In this document: one piece after another, positions 39,140-47,604 of the stretch | How the letters are laid out: each line of letters begins with the position of its first letter | Numbering within the stretch: the stretch's first letter is position 1 | The notes under the pieces: model-generated | Seen by the model: the letters and a program-made list of their open reading frames with translations, nothing else | Told to the model about the DNA's origin: nothing | Databases searched by the model: none | Origin: an uncultured delta proteobacterium | GTDB lineage: Bacteria; Bdellovibrionota; FAC87; UBA2466 | Reading direction: 5' to 3' | Assembly: GCA_963778115.1 (NCBI GenBank) | Contig: CAVZSV010000005.1 | Location: forward strand, 128,001 to 192,000 | Length of the DNA stretch: 64,000 nucleotides | Translations under genes and position numbers: made by a program

Positions 39140-39939
39140 AGAGCCTTCGCCAAATAGGGAGGGTACTCTTCGTGAATCCCACTGAGGAGTTGGGTGCCAT
39201 TACCCTTTTTTCCAAGGAGTGTCTGTGGAGCTTTTTGCGTAGAGGGGTTAGAGGACTTACTTTAGTGGAACAGATCTATCTAGTGGGCGTTCGTTCGCTT
39301 TCCACCACCTTAGTCACAGGCTCTTTCGTGGGCGCTATTTTAGCGATTCAGATTAATCTGCAGCTGCGCGATTTTGGTGCTCAAGGATTTTTAGGAGGAT
39401 TGTCTACGTCGACGACTATTCGAGACTTAGGCCCGGTGCTCATCGCCTTTATTTTATCGGGAAAGGTGGGCGCGTTTACTTCGGCTGAGATTGCAACGAT
39501 GCGTGTGACCGAGCAGATCGACGCGATTCGCTGTTTGGGAGCGGACCCCGTTGAATACCTGATAGTGCCCCGGATGGTGGCGGTAGTGATCTCTAGCTTT
39601 TTACTTCTCATCGTAGGACTCATGATGACCGTGGGCGGCGGCCTTCTCATGGCTAATATCCATCTAGGAGTGAACGCGCAAAACTACATTTCTAATATCG
39701 CAAGTCTCGTCTCGGGGTGGAGTATAGGGCTTGGAGTCGTCAAAAGCTTTGCGTTTGGCCTTATTATCGCCGTGATCTGTTGCTTTGAGGGAAATAGGGC
39801 GAGTGGGGGGGCGGAAGGCGTCGGTAGAGCGGTTCGTGGAGCCGCCGTGAAAACTTTGCTCACCATTATAGTGGTTAATTTTCTCATCTCGAGTCTGGGT
39901 AGTAGCTTGAGAGAACTTATCGGCTGGAACCATATATGA
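39136..39939 (+). CDS. mlaE: MlaE-family permease 1
   Basis: RDLGPVL.A.ILSGKVG....AEIATMRVTEQIDA...G.DP..YL.VPR, GGAEGVG.A. Confidence 0.92.
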   Translation: MKSLRQIGRVLFVNPTEELGAITLFSKECLWSFLRRGVRGLTLVEQIYLVGVRSLSTTLVTGSFVGAILAIQINLQLRDFGAQGFLGGLSTSTTIRDLGPVLIAFILSGKVGAFTSAEIATMRVTEQIDAIRCLGADPVEYLIVPRMVAVVISSFLLLIVGLMMTVGGGLLMANIHLGVNAQNYISNIASLVSGWSIGLGVVKSFAFGLIIAVICCFEGNRASGGAEGVGRAVRGAAVKTLLTIIVVNFLISSLGSSLRELIGWNHI

Positions 39940-40718
39940 TCGAAGCTTTGGGAAGCGTTGCCTTACAGGCCTTTTGGCATTACCGAAGACTCTTTGAGAT
40001 AGGGGCCGTGGCGCTTCGGGCTTTAGTGCGATCTTGCATCCGAGGTAAATTTCGTTTCGAGCAAACGCTATTGCAATGCTATTCGGCTGGAGTCGAGAGT
40101 CTTCCCATTATCACTTTGGCGCTCTCTTTTATCGGGATCATGCTCACAGTGGAGTTCTCCTACCATATGAAGTTGGTCATTCGAGAGGACTCTTTAGTCC
40201 CGGCCTTTGCGACCGTACTGATGGTGCGAGAGTTGGGTCCCGTTGTTTGCTGCCTACTTTTGGCGTCGAGAGTCGGAGCGGGAATCGCCGCTGAAATAGG
40301 GACGATGCGGGTAACCGATCAGATAGACGCGCTACGTATCTTGTCTATCGATCCCATCGATTTTTTGGTAGTGCCCCGATGGCTAGCCTGTGTCGTCTCG
40401 TCCGTCACACTCTCTATCTTATCGGTTTCCGTTGCTTTGCTGGCTGGCGCCTTGCTGGCGGGTAGCCAGTTAGGTTATCAACCAAACGAATTTTTTAACT
40501 CCATGTTTACCTTTACCCACGGCCGGGATTTAGAAAGCTGCCTCATTAAAGCCGTCATTTTTGGAACCATCATTCCCATCGTAGCGACACGACACGGATT
40601 TAATTGCAAGCCAGGCGCTCAGGGGGTTGGGGACGCGGCCACTGCCGCTGTCGTAGAATCCTCTGTCCTTATTATTGTCGCCGACTTTTTTGTGACCTAC
40701 GCCCTGTATACCTTTTAG
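39936..40718 (+). CDS. mlaE: MlaE-family permease 2
   Basis: RELGPV....LASRVGAGIAAEIGTMRVTDQIDAL....DP..FLVVPR, GAQGVG.A...AVV. Confidence 0.92.
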   Translation: MIEALGSVALQAFWHYRRLFEIGAVALRALVRSCIRGKFRFEQTLLQCYSAGVESLPIITLALSFIGIMLTVEFSYHMKLVIREDSLVPAFATVLMVRELGPVVCCLLLASRVGAGIAAEIGTMRVTDQIDALRILSIDPIDFLVVPRWLACVVSSVTLSILSVSVALLAGALLAGSQLGYQPNEFFNSMFTFTHGRDLESCLIKAVIFGTIIPIVATRHGFNCKPGAQGVGDAATAAVVESSVLIIVADFFVTYALYTF

Positions 40719-40733
40719 GTAAAGGGCTTACAC

Positions 40734-41150
40734 CTACTCTTCGATGACCCACACCACACTGGTCAAAGAGCTCACCTGACTAAATGCGGAATCGATGTCC
40801 TTAAGGGCATCGGCTTGCGACTTTGATCCTTTCGCATGGTAGAGGACGTAATAGCCTGTCATCGTAGTCGCCACATAGACGCTACCGTCGGTAATCGGGA
40901 TATTTCGAAAATGAGGCGCTATCAAAGTGTCATCGGGGTTGGCCTTGGTGAAATTCACATGGCAACTGCCAGAGGTGGTTGTGCCGTCCTTCTCGGTGGA
41001 AAGGGTTAGCTCGAGATTAGTTTGGCAAGCCTCGGCCTTGAAGGTAAAGGTCCGTTTCACCATATTGGCTTGTTTTACCGGTGTTTCAGAAAAATCTCCC
41101 GCAAAACCAAGTGCGGGCAATAACAGGAAAAGGGAAATAAATCGCTTCAT
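40734..41150 (-). CDS. Small secreted hypothetical protein
   Basis: AAGGAGG RBS, signal peptide (..GFA), two Cys. Confidence 0.7.
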   Translation of the reverse strand: MKRFISLFLLLPALGFAGDFSETPVKQANMVKRTFTFKAEACQTNLELTLSTEKDGTTTSGSCHVNFTKANPDDTLIAPHFRNIPITDGSVYVATTMTGYYVLYHAKGSKSQADALKDIDSAFSQVSSLTSVVWVIEE

Positions 41151-41424
41151 AAAATCGCCTCCTTACCCGAAGGTATACTTCACAGCGTTCAAAGAACTCA
41201 AACAGAATGATGATGAAAATTAGACTTATTGATTCATTGCGTTGCGTTTCTTGGGTGCCTGGGATCCCGGCTTAGGAATTCTTTGGGAGCTGGGGTTTCC
41301 ACGCGTTATAATGGAGGAGTCTGCATTTCATTCTTTCCCGAGCTGTTAGTGGCTCCTTTTTCTCTGATTTGGTCACGCAATCGGTCTTGCTAAGAATGTC
41401 GCCCTGCGTTTAAAGATTATCTCG

Positions 41425-42195
41425 ATGAAAAAACTCAATAAAGAATTTTTAGTGGGATGTCTCGTATTGCTGGCCCTGGGGCTCATGGTCACTTTCGGTT
41501 GGCTCATAGGAGTGATTGGCCCCTTTGTGACGGAATCTCACTTTAAGGTCTTGTATGCTTTTGCGGGCGGGGTAGAGGTCGGATCGCCGGTACGAGTGAG
41601 TGGCGTTAAAGTAGGCAAGGTCGAGAAAATTGAGTTTCTCCCGACCGCTTCCCAAGGGGAGGAGCCTGCGAGCCTTAGGTTACTCATAAGCGTGTCGCAG
41701 AAAGCATCGCCCACCGTTCGCGAAGATTCGAAATTTTATGTCAACATGGCAGGCATCATCGGAGAGAGATATGTCGAGATTAGCCCCGGCTCCAGTGATA
41801 AGCCCCAACTGGCGGATGGCGCCGAAGTCAGAGGAGTGGATCCGCCTCGCATCGATCAGCTTCTCTCACAGGGGTATGGAGTTTTCGGCCGCCTTCAACA
41901 GCTTCTTGAAAAAAATGAAGAGACGGTCACTACTTTCTTAAAACAGGTGAATAGTGTTCTTACGGGCATGAACGAGATGTTGGCGAGTAGCGATAAGAAA
42001 AAGATCTTTGCGCTAGTCGACAATCTTAATGCCATCACGCACGATTTAAGAGGGGTGTCTAAGGGGCTGGATGATAAAGAGACCAAAGAGGCGTTTCGAA
42101 TGCTCTTTGATCTGATTCACCGGGCCCACGATATCGACAAACCAGCGCTCAAAAAGTTTCTGCAAGAAGAGGGAATTCGCGCGCATATTTTCTAG
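41425..42195 (+). CDS. mlaD: MCE/MlaD family protein
   Basis: N-terminal TM (EFLVG), AGGVEVGSPVRVSGVKVGKV..I, GIIGERYVEI.PG, then a helical extension. Confidence 0.92.
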   Translation: MKKLNKEFLVGCLVLLALGLMVTFGWLIGVIGPFVTESHFKVLYAFAGGVEVGSPVRVSGVKVGKVEKIEFLPTASQGEEPASLRLLISVSQKASPTVREDSKFYVNMAGIIGERYVEISPGSSDKPQLADGAEVRGVDPPRIDQLLSQGYGVFGRLQQLLEKNEETVTTFLKQVNSVLTGMNEMLASSDKKKIFALVDNLNAITHDLRGVSKGLDDKETKEAFRMLFDLIHRAHDIDKPALKKFLQEEGIRAHIF

Positions 42196-42234
42196 GTTTG
42201 GGTGAAGGATAGGGCCATTTCGGGGGGAGGTTCC

Positions 42235-42762
42235 ATGAAATTCGGCATAATCACTTTGGGCGTTGCTATTAGCCTTTTGTGGGGGACACCCTGTCAGGCG
42301 GGCACTACCCTTGAAGATTTGAAAATGGATAAACGCTTCGGCATCGGAATCGAGGTGGGGGGCCCCATGGCCATCATGGGGATCGATATCGACGTGAATG
42401 TTACGGAACAGTTTAGTCTGAGTGCTGGTTTGGGAACCGGCATGGACTATTCGACGATAGGACTTAAAGCTCGATATTTTCTTCCGGGCAAAACGGTAAG
42501 CCCCTATATCGGAGCGGGCTTTGCGCATTGGTGGTCTCAGGGTACCAATGACACTTCTCCGGGGCCTGGAATTTTGCAACGGTTCTTGGTCGGAGACGAT
42601 CCGCGTCAGGGTTTTTCTCTCTTTATTGTTTATCCGACGTTTGGAGTTCAGTTTTTACACGCAAGTGGATTTGAGGTTTCGGCGGAAGTGGAATACCTCT
42701 TCAAACTTTTTGATATGGCCAATGGTCCCTATGCGGGCCTTGGCGTTCACTGGTACTTCTAA
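42235..42762 (+). CDS. Small outer-membrane beta-barrel protein
   Basis: GGAGG RBS, signal peptide, SPYIGAG strand, C-terminal GLGVHWYF beta-signal. Confidence 0.75.
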   Translation: MKFGIITLGVAISLLWGTPCQAGTTLEDLKMDKRFGIGIEVGGPMAIMGIDIDVNVTEQFSLSAGLGTGMDYSTIGLKARYFLPGKTVSPYIGAGFAHWWSQGTNDTSPGPGILQRFLVGDDPRQGFSLFIVYPTFGVQFLHASGFEVSAEVEYLFKLFDMANGPYAGLGVHWYF

Positions 42763-42768
42763 ACAAAA

Positions 42769-44709
42769 ATGCGTCGATTCTTGGCTAATCTGAATTACGG
42801 GACCCGATCCTTAAAGACAACGCTCGCCCTCTATTTTATTCCTATCTCTTTAATTCCCACCCTTTCGGTCAGCTACTATGCGATGAAAACGTTTGAAGAG
42901 ACTACGCGTGAGACACTCATCCGACGATCGGTATCCGAACGGGATGCGATAGCGGCTGAGATTGAGAGTTTGGAAAACGACTTAGTAGTGGCTGCTCGTT
43001 TGCATGCAAAGTCGAGAAAACTCATTGAGGCCACGGCAACTAAAAGCTTTAGCCAAATCGCTGAAACGGTCACCGACTTTCGTCCTAATCTGGAGGTTAG
43101 GATCTACTCCTTGCAAGGAGCGTTTCTTGGTGGGAAGTCCAATGGCCGAGAGAATAAACAGATTAACTACCTCTCGAAAGAGGGGCTACAAAAGGTAAGG
43201 TCCAAAGGCGAAACGGTCGAAAGGTACTTTTCCCAAGGCTCTGTCGGATTTGTAACTCTCATTCGAGTTCTCATTCAGGATAAGACTCGAGTCTACGGAG
43301 TCTTAGAAGAAGAATTCCATTACGGAACGGAAGAACTCACAGAGCTTAAGAATCGTCGTCAAGTCGACGTAGTCCTTTTGAATCGCGATCTAATTCCTTT
43401 CGGAGCAAGTTTCGCGCTCTCCAACGAAGCTCTGCGTGTTTTTTCCGAGAAAGCGTTTCAATCGGTAGCGCAAGGGGTTGTGACACCATCCTATATCCAG
43501 ATAGGGGACGGGCGTTACGCTTCGTTTCTCTATGATTTAAATGCCGGCAAACAAAAAGCGTGGGGGTATTTGGGTGTATTTCTTTCGATGACGGCAGCGG
43601 ATGCTACGGTCACCAAACTTAAGATTGCAATCGTTTACCTAACCTTATTGCTAGCCTTGACCGCAACACTTGCCATTTTCATTGTTTCTAACCGTTTGGT
43701 AAAGCCTATCGTAGTATTGGTATCGGCGATGAAACGAGTGCAAACGGGTCGAGTGGAGCAGATTCCTTCGATCGATTCGACTTACGAAATCGAGTATCTA
43801 GTTCGATCTTTTAACGATATGACTCAAAACATTCATGCGGCCAAGCGTGCTTTGGAAACGAAGCTAGAGGAGTTAAGGACCGCCAATCAAAATTTGAAAA
43901 CGACTCAAGCGACTTTGATTCAGTCTGCCAAAATGATATCTCTGGGGCAAATTGTTGCAGGCGTTGCCCACGAACTCAATAATCCGATTGGGTTTATCTA
44001 TAGCAACATGCACCATCTTTCGGATTATCTCGTCAAAATAAGGCAATTGGTTCAAGTCTACCGGGAGGATCGAGCCAGATTTACCCCCGAAGAAAGAGCC
44101 AGACTGGAAAAGATAGAGAAGGATTTAGAAATCGATTACATCCTCAAAGACATGGAGGATCTCACTTTGAGCTGTGTGGAAGGGGCAAAGCGCACCAAAG
44201 AGATTGTCCTTGGGCTTCGGACTTTCTCTCGAATAGACGAATTATCGTTTCGAGAGGTCAATCTCCACGATGGGCTTCACAGTACGCTTAAACTTCTAGC
44301 TTCGGATTTCAAAGGTCGCATTGAAGTGCATGAAGAGTTCGAGGCGTTACCTCTGGTGGAGTGCAATCTGTCTCAAATGAATCAAGTGTTCATGAATTTG
44401 ATCTCTAATGCCGCGCAAGCGATTGAGGGGAGAGGCGAGATATGGATTCGCACACGGCTCGAAAACGAATTGGTCGCTATCGAAATTCAAGATAGCGGTT
44501 CCGGTATGCCGCCTGAAATTCAAGCTCAAATTTTTGATCCCTTCTTTACTACCAAGCGCGTGGGACAGGGAACTGGGCTAGGCCTTAGCATTGCCTATGG
44601 CCTTATTCAAAAGCACCACGGGACTATTGGAGTGACGTCCGAGGTTGGCAAAGGGACAACCTTTACGATCCGCATTCCGTTACGTCAGCCCGCCTCGGAA
44701 GTGGCCTAA
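42769..44709 (+). CDS. Sensor histidine kinase (2 TM, periplasmic sensor, HAMP, NtrB-like kinase core)
   Basis: LGQIVAGVAHELNNP H-box, QVFMNLISNA, DSGSG, IFDPFFTTK, GTGLGL. Confidence 0.95.
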   Translation: MRRFLANLNYGTRSLKTTLALYFIPISLIPTLSVSYYAMKTFEETTRETLIRRSVSERDAIAAEIESLENDLVVAARLHAKSRKLIEATATKSFSQIAETVTDFRPNLEVRIYSLQGAFLGGKSNGRENKQINYLSKEGLQKVRSKGETVERYFSQGSVGFVTLIRVLIQDKTRVYGVLEEEFHYGTEELTELKNRRQVDVVLLNRDLIPFGASFALSNEALRVFSEKAFQSVAQGVVTPSYIQIGDGRYASFLYDLNAGKQKAWGYLGVFLSMTAADATVTKLKIAIVYLTLLLALTATLAIFIVSNRLVKPIVVLVSAMKRVQTGRVEQIPSIDSTYEIEYLVRSFNDMTQNIHAAKRALETKLEELRTANQNLKTTQATLIQSAKMISLGQIVAGVAHELNNPIGFIYSNMHHLSDYLVKIRQLVQVYREDRARFTPEERARLEKIEKDLEIDYILKDMEDLTLSCVEGAKRTKEIVLGLRTFSRIDELSFREVNLHDGLHSTLKLLASDFKGRIEVHEEFEALPLVECNLSQMNQVFMNLISNAAQAIEGRGEIWIRTRLENELVAIEIQDSGSGMPPEIQAQIFDPFFTTKRVGQGTGLGLSIAYGLIQKHHGTIGVTSEVGKGTTFTIRIPLRQPASEVA

Positions 44710-45933
44710 GATCTCTTCCACCGAAGTTTCTGCAGAAAAACCGAATCCGCTCTTTGCTAAAGCCATGCGCCAAGGAAGTTCTTTTTTGGCTTTGATGAAC
44801 TGAAGGGTTTTTAGGGCATCGAACCAGCATAGCAGATGCCGCTCGAGTGAAGCAGCGGTGGGACGAGTGCGAATCGCTTGTTCGATGGCTTCAAAGCCTC
44901 CCATCTTTTGAAATCGGCTCATCCTCCAGTCTGAAGCCCCGTCGAAACTTTTTCTAAACTCTATTGGATTTCGGTGGTGGGAGAGGGTTTTTAATGCCTC
45001 TAAAAGTCGGGCCAACCCTTCAAACGCCGAAGGATCGTAAAGGGTAAAGGACTCAAGGAGGCCTTCCGTTTGGGAGAGATCGATAGTAGCTTGTCCTGTG
45101 CCAAAGGGAACGCGGTTAGAAAGGCGCTGTTCCAGGTGGATGGGGGCTGTCGAAAGAAGATAGACCGGACCCAAGTGGGCTAACTTTCCTAAGAGATAAA
45201 AATCTTCAGCGGCATTTCGCTTCGGAAAACCCCGGGCCTGAGCATAAGCCTCCATCGGAATGGCAAGAGTGCTTCCTATCGTCGGAAAGGCATACAGCGA
45301 GTTAGCCTTTTTTAGCCCCCACTCGTAGTATCTTAGATGGATCTCATAGAGCTTTAGGGCTAGTGCCTCTTTCGGAGCCTGTTCGTTGAATCGATGTTGA
45401 TACGGATAGCAAAATCCGCTGGGGTTTCCTTCTGGCCATCCGGCAAGTCTCACGGGGGAGAGGGGGGAAGAAAAGTATTGAGTAGGGACTCTGGCGTCGG
45501 CGTCTGTCGTTCTTAAGAGGTCGCTTTTTATCTTATTCTCTCTCCAAAGTCTTAAGGCAAAATCACAGCCGATTTTACGCGCTAGACCCACCCCGTCTTT
45601 CTGGCTAAACCTGCGACCCGTGGAGGTATGGTCCATCGGACACAGACAGAGATTTAAATATCGCTTTTCTGAAATGGTGTTGAGCCAACCTTCGTTCGCT
45701 TGGTGAATAAAAGTGGGGTGATCGGTTCTTGAGTTTACGACGACAAGAACGAGAGCCTTGATGGCACTGGCTTGGGCCGCCCGTTCTAGCGAAGTTAAAC
45801 AATCGTCGATAAAATCGATTTCATCCAGGAAAGGAATGACGACGACGCTATCCCAGGGGGCCCCCACGGGAAGCTTCCCATCAAAGAGCGGCTCAGCATG
45901 AGCGGTCAGATATTTATCGATGGCGGACAGCAT
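44680..45933 (-). CDS. GT-A/GT2-like glycosyltransferase, uncharacterised family
   Basis: VVIPFLDE, GVGLARKIGCD, TTDADA (DxD), TIGS, AY...GF..RNAAEDFYLL.K, SNRVPFGTG. The ATG at 45933 lies 1 nt after the miaE stop. Confidence 0.75.
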   Translation of the reverse strand: MLSAIDKYLTAHAEPLFDGKLPVGAPWDSVVVIPFLDEIDFIDDCLTSLERAAQASAIKALVLVVVNSRTDHPTFIHQANEGWLNTISEKRYLNLCLCPMDHTSTGRRFSQKDGVGLARKIGCDFALRLWRENKIKSDLLRTTDADARVPTQYFSSPLSPVRLAGWPEGNPSGFCYPYQHRFNEQAPKEALALKLYEIHLRYYEWGLKKANSLYAFPTIGSTLAIPMEAYAQARGFPKRNAAEDFYLLGKLAHLGPVYLLSTAPIHLEQRLSNRVPFGTGQATIDLSQTEGLLESFTLYDPSAFEGLARLLEALKTLSHHRNPIEFRKSFDGASDWRMSRFQKMGGFEAIEQAIRTRPTAASLERHLLCWFDALKTLQFIKAKKELPWRMALAKSGFGFSAETSVEEILGHFRGGLT

Positions 45934-45934
45934 A

Positions 45935-46528
45935 TTAATGGATAGCCGAGCGAAACGGAACAGAGGCGATGGCCTTTGCCTCAAGATCCAAGAAGAAATC
46001 GAGTCGCTCTTGGATGGTCTCTGTAGGAAAATAAAGAGCAGCTATCTCAAGGAAGAGATCTTTGTGGTGCCCTTCAGCCCGGGCGAGCCTTGCATAGAAC
46101 TGCCGTAACGTAGCGTCTTCCAAGGACTGGGCCACTAAGGTAAGCCTCTCATGTCCTCTGGCTTCGATGACCGACGAGACAATGAGTCTATCCAAAAACC
46201 GCTCATCGCGGCCGGTGCGGACCTTTTCCATGAGCTGATTGACGTAAGGATCGGGAGCATCTTCGGCCAATTGAAGTCCACGGCTCTCGATAACTCGATA
46301 AACCTGGTGGAAGTGTTCCAACTCTTCACGCGCAAATTGGATCATGGGTTCTAAAAGTAGCGATCGATCGGGGTAGCGCACTACAAAGGACATCCCGACG
46401 GCGGAGGCCTTCCTTTCGCAAGAGGCGTGATCTAATAGAAAGGCGTCAAAGTCCTTTAGGGCGATCGTAAGCCATTCGGCCGGTGTTTCGTATCGCAAGC
46501 GAGAGACTATTGGAGTGGGTTCCGGCAT
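45935..46528 (-). CDS. miaE: tRNA-(ms2i6A37) hydroxylase MiaE (di-iron ferritin-like)
   Basis: L...T...W, LLDHA.CERKA, REEL.HF.QV, DPYV..L, DRL....IEAR.HER, FY..L...E..H. Confidence 0.9.
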   Translation of the reverse strand: MPEPTPIVSRLRYETPAEWLTIALKDFDAFLLDHASCERKASAVGMSFVVRYPDRSLLLEPMIQFAREELEHFHQVYRVIESRGLQLAEDAPDPYVNQLMEKVRTGRDERFLDRLIVSSVIEARGHERLTLVAQSLEDATLRQFYARLARAEGHHKDLFLEIAALYFPTETIQERLDFFLDLEAKAIASVPFRSAIH

Positions 46529-46730
46529 GGGGAGTTTCTATCACAAAGGCGACAGAGGTAACAACGGGGTATCTCTTTGGGGGGGTAGGTACCGTTGGTT
46601 CGCAGAAAAATACTATCGCCTTCCGGTCAATCCGTTCGAGATATGGTAAACCCGGACCAGCAATATGAAAAAATTCGAGCTCTGATTAACGCGTCCCGAA
46701 CCTGGGCGTCGTGACGCTTTCGGTACTCTC

Positions 46731-46758
46731 TCAACTTTCCTCCCATTTTTACCGAAAA
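46731..46758 (+). promoter_or_regulatory. Candidate sigma28 promoter
   Basis: TCAAC-N15-ACCGAAAA (extended -35 TCAACTTT) 27 nt before the PilZ gene. Confidence 0.5.
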
Positions 46759-46785
46759 GCAGACGGGAAGTGAGGGTGTGGGAAA

Positions 46786-47523
46786 GTGCAGCGACGAAGG
46801 CGTCCAAGAGCGCTTACGATGACGTTACCGAACGACAAGCAGCCGATGCTGCTTTGGAACGGGAAGTCATACATGCTGCGCAATTTTAACGAACAAGGAA
46901 TTGGCCTTTGGGTTCCTTCCCCAGCCCCTTTTGCGCTCTCGCCGGGAACCGAGATGAGTGGGGATGTCGTCATCGGCAAGGATATCTTCCCCGTTCGACT
47001 AGAGATTCGCCATTCCTCTCCCGGCATTTTGGGCTTACGGTTCACCGACATCTCCCCTGAATTGGCGGGAGTGTTCAAAAGGCTCATGGAGCCCGCAAAT
47101 TACGCTAGCCAGTTAGAACCCCATTCTAAATCTCGCACGGAAGATTCCAAATTTGGTCACCCGCGTTTGTGGTACTCGGGCCCAGGTGGGACCGAGCTTG
47201 TGGTCTGGTACAACGATTTTCAACGCATGGTTATGGGGCTTCAGCTCAGTTTCTTGGGGCGATGGGTGTTTCGGTCCCAGTTCCAGGAGGTTAGGACGGG
47301 TTTTCTCAAAGACGACTTTGTTCCCTCTCTGGGAATTCAAATTGCTGAGAGTGATCTTATCCTAAGACACGAGATAGCCGATCTGGATGTCCTTCAGGAG
47401 GCGGCGCAATTCTTGGCTTCTGCTCCACGCCCCCTTCCCGGCGGGCTACTTTGGCAGTTTCTTGAGATGGGAGAGCAAACCTTTCTTCCCGAAGAACTAA
47501 TACCTGCCTCACGCGTCGCGTGA
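46786..47523 (+). CDS. PilZ-domain protein with C-terminal extension
   Basis: QRRRRPR (RxxxR), NFNEQGIG (D/NxSxxG-like), IRH....LGLRF. Confidence 0.7.
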   Translation: MQRRRRPRALTMTLPNDKQPMLLWNGKSYMLRNFNEQGIGLWVPSPAPFALSPGTEMSGDVVIGKDIFPVRLEIRHSSPGILGLRFTDISPELAGVFKRLMEPANYASQLEPHSKSRTEDSKFGHPRLWYSGPGGTELVVWYNDFQRMVMGLQLSFLGRWVFRSQFQEVRTGFLKDDFVPSLGIQIAESDLILRHEIADLDVLQEAAQFLASAPRPLPGGLLWQFLEMGEQTFLPEELIPASRVA

Positions 47524-47604
47524 TCAAACAACAATTTCTCTCCATAATTCCACGACATTTTGGCCATAAGCAAAGGCTAGTCTAAGCGTGGGGGGATCCG
47601 TTTT

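Noticed and set aside
41151..41424. Possible ncRNA or riboswitch in the intergenic region before mlaD
   Set aside because: No recognisable aptamer or convincing stem set by eye; GGTCACGCA alone is insufficient.
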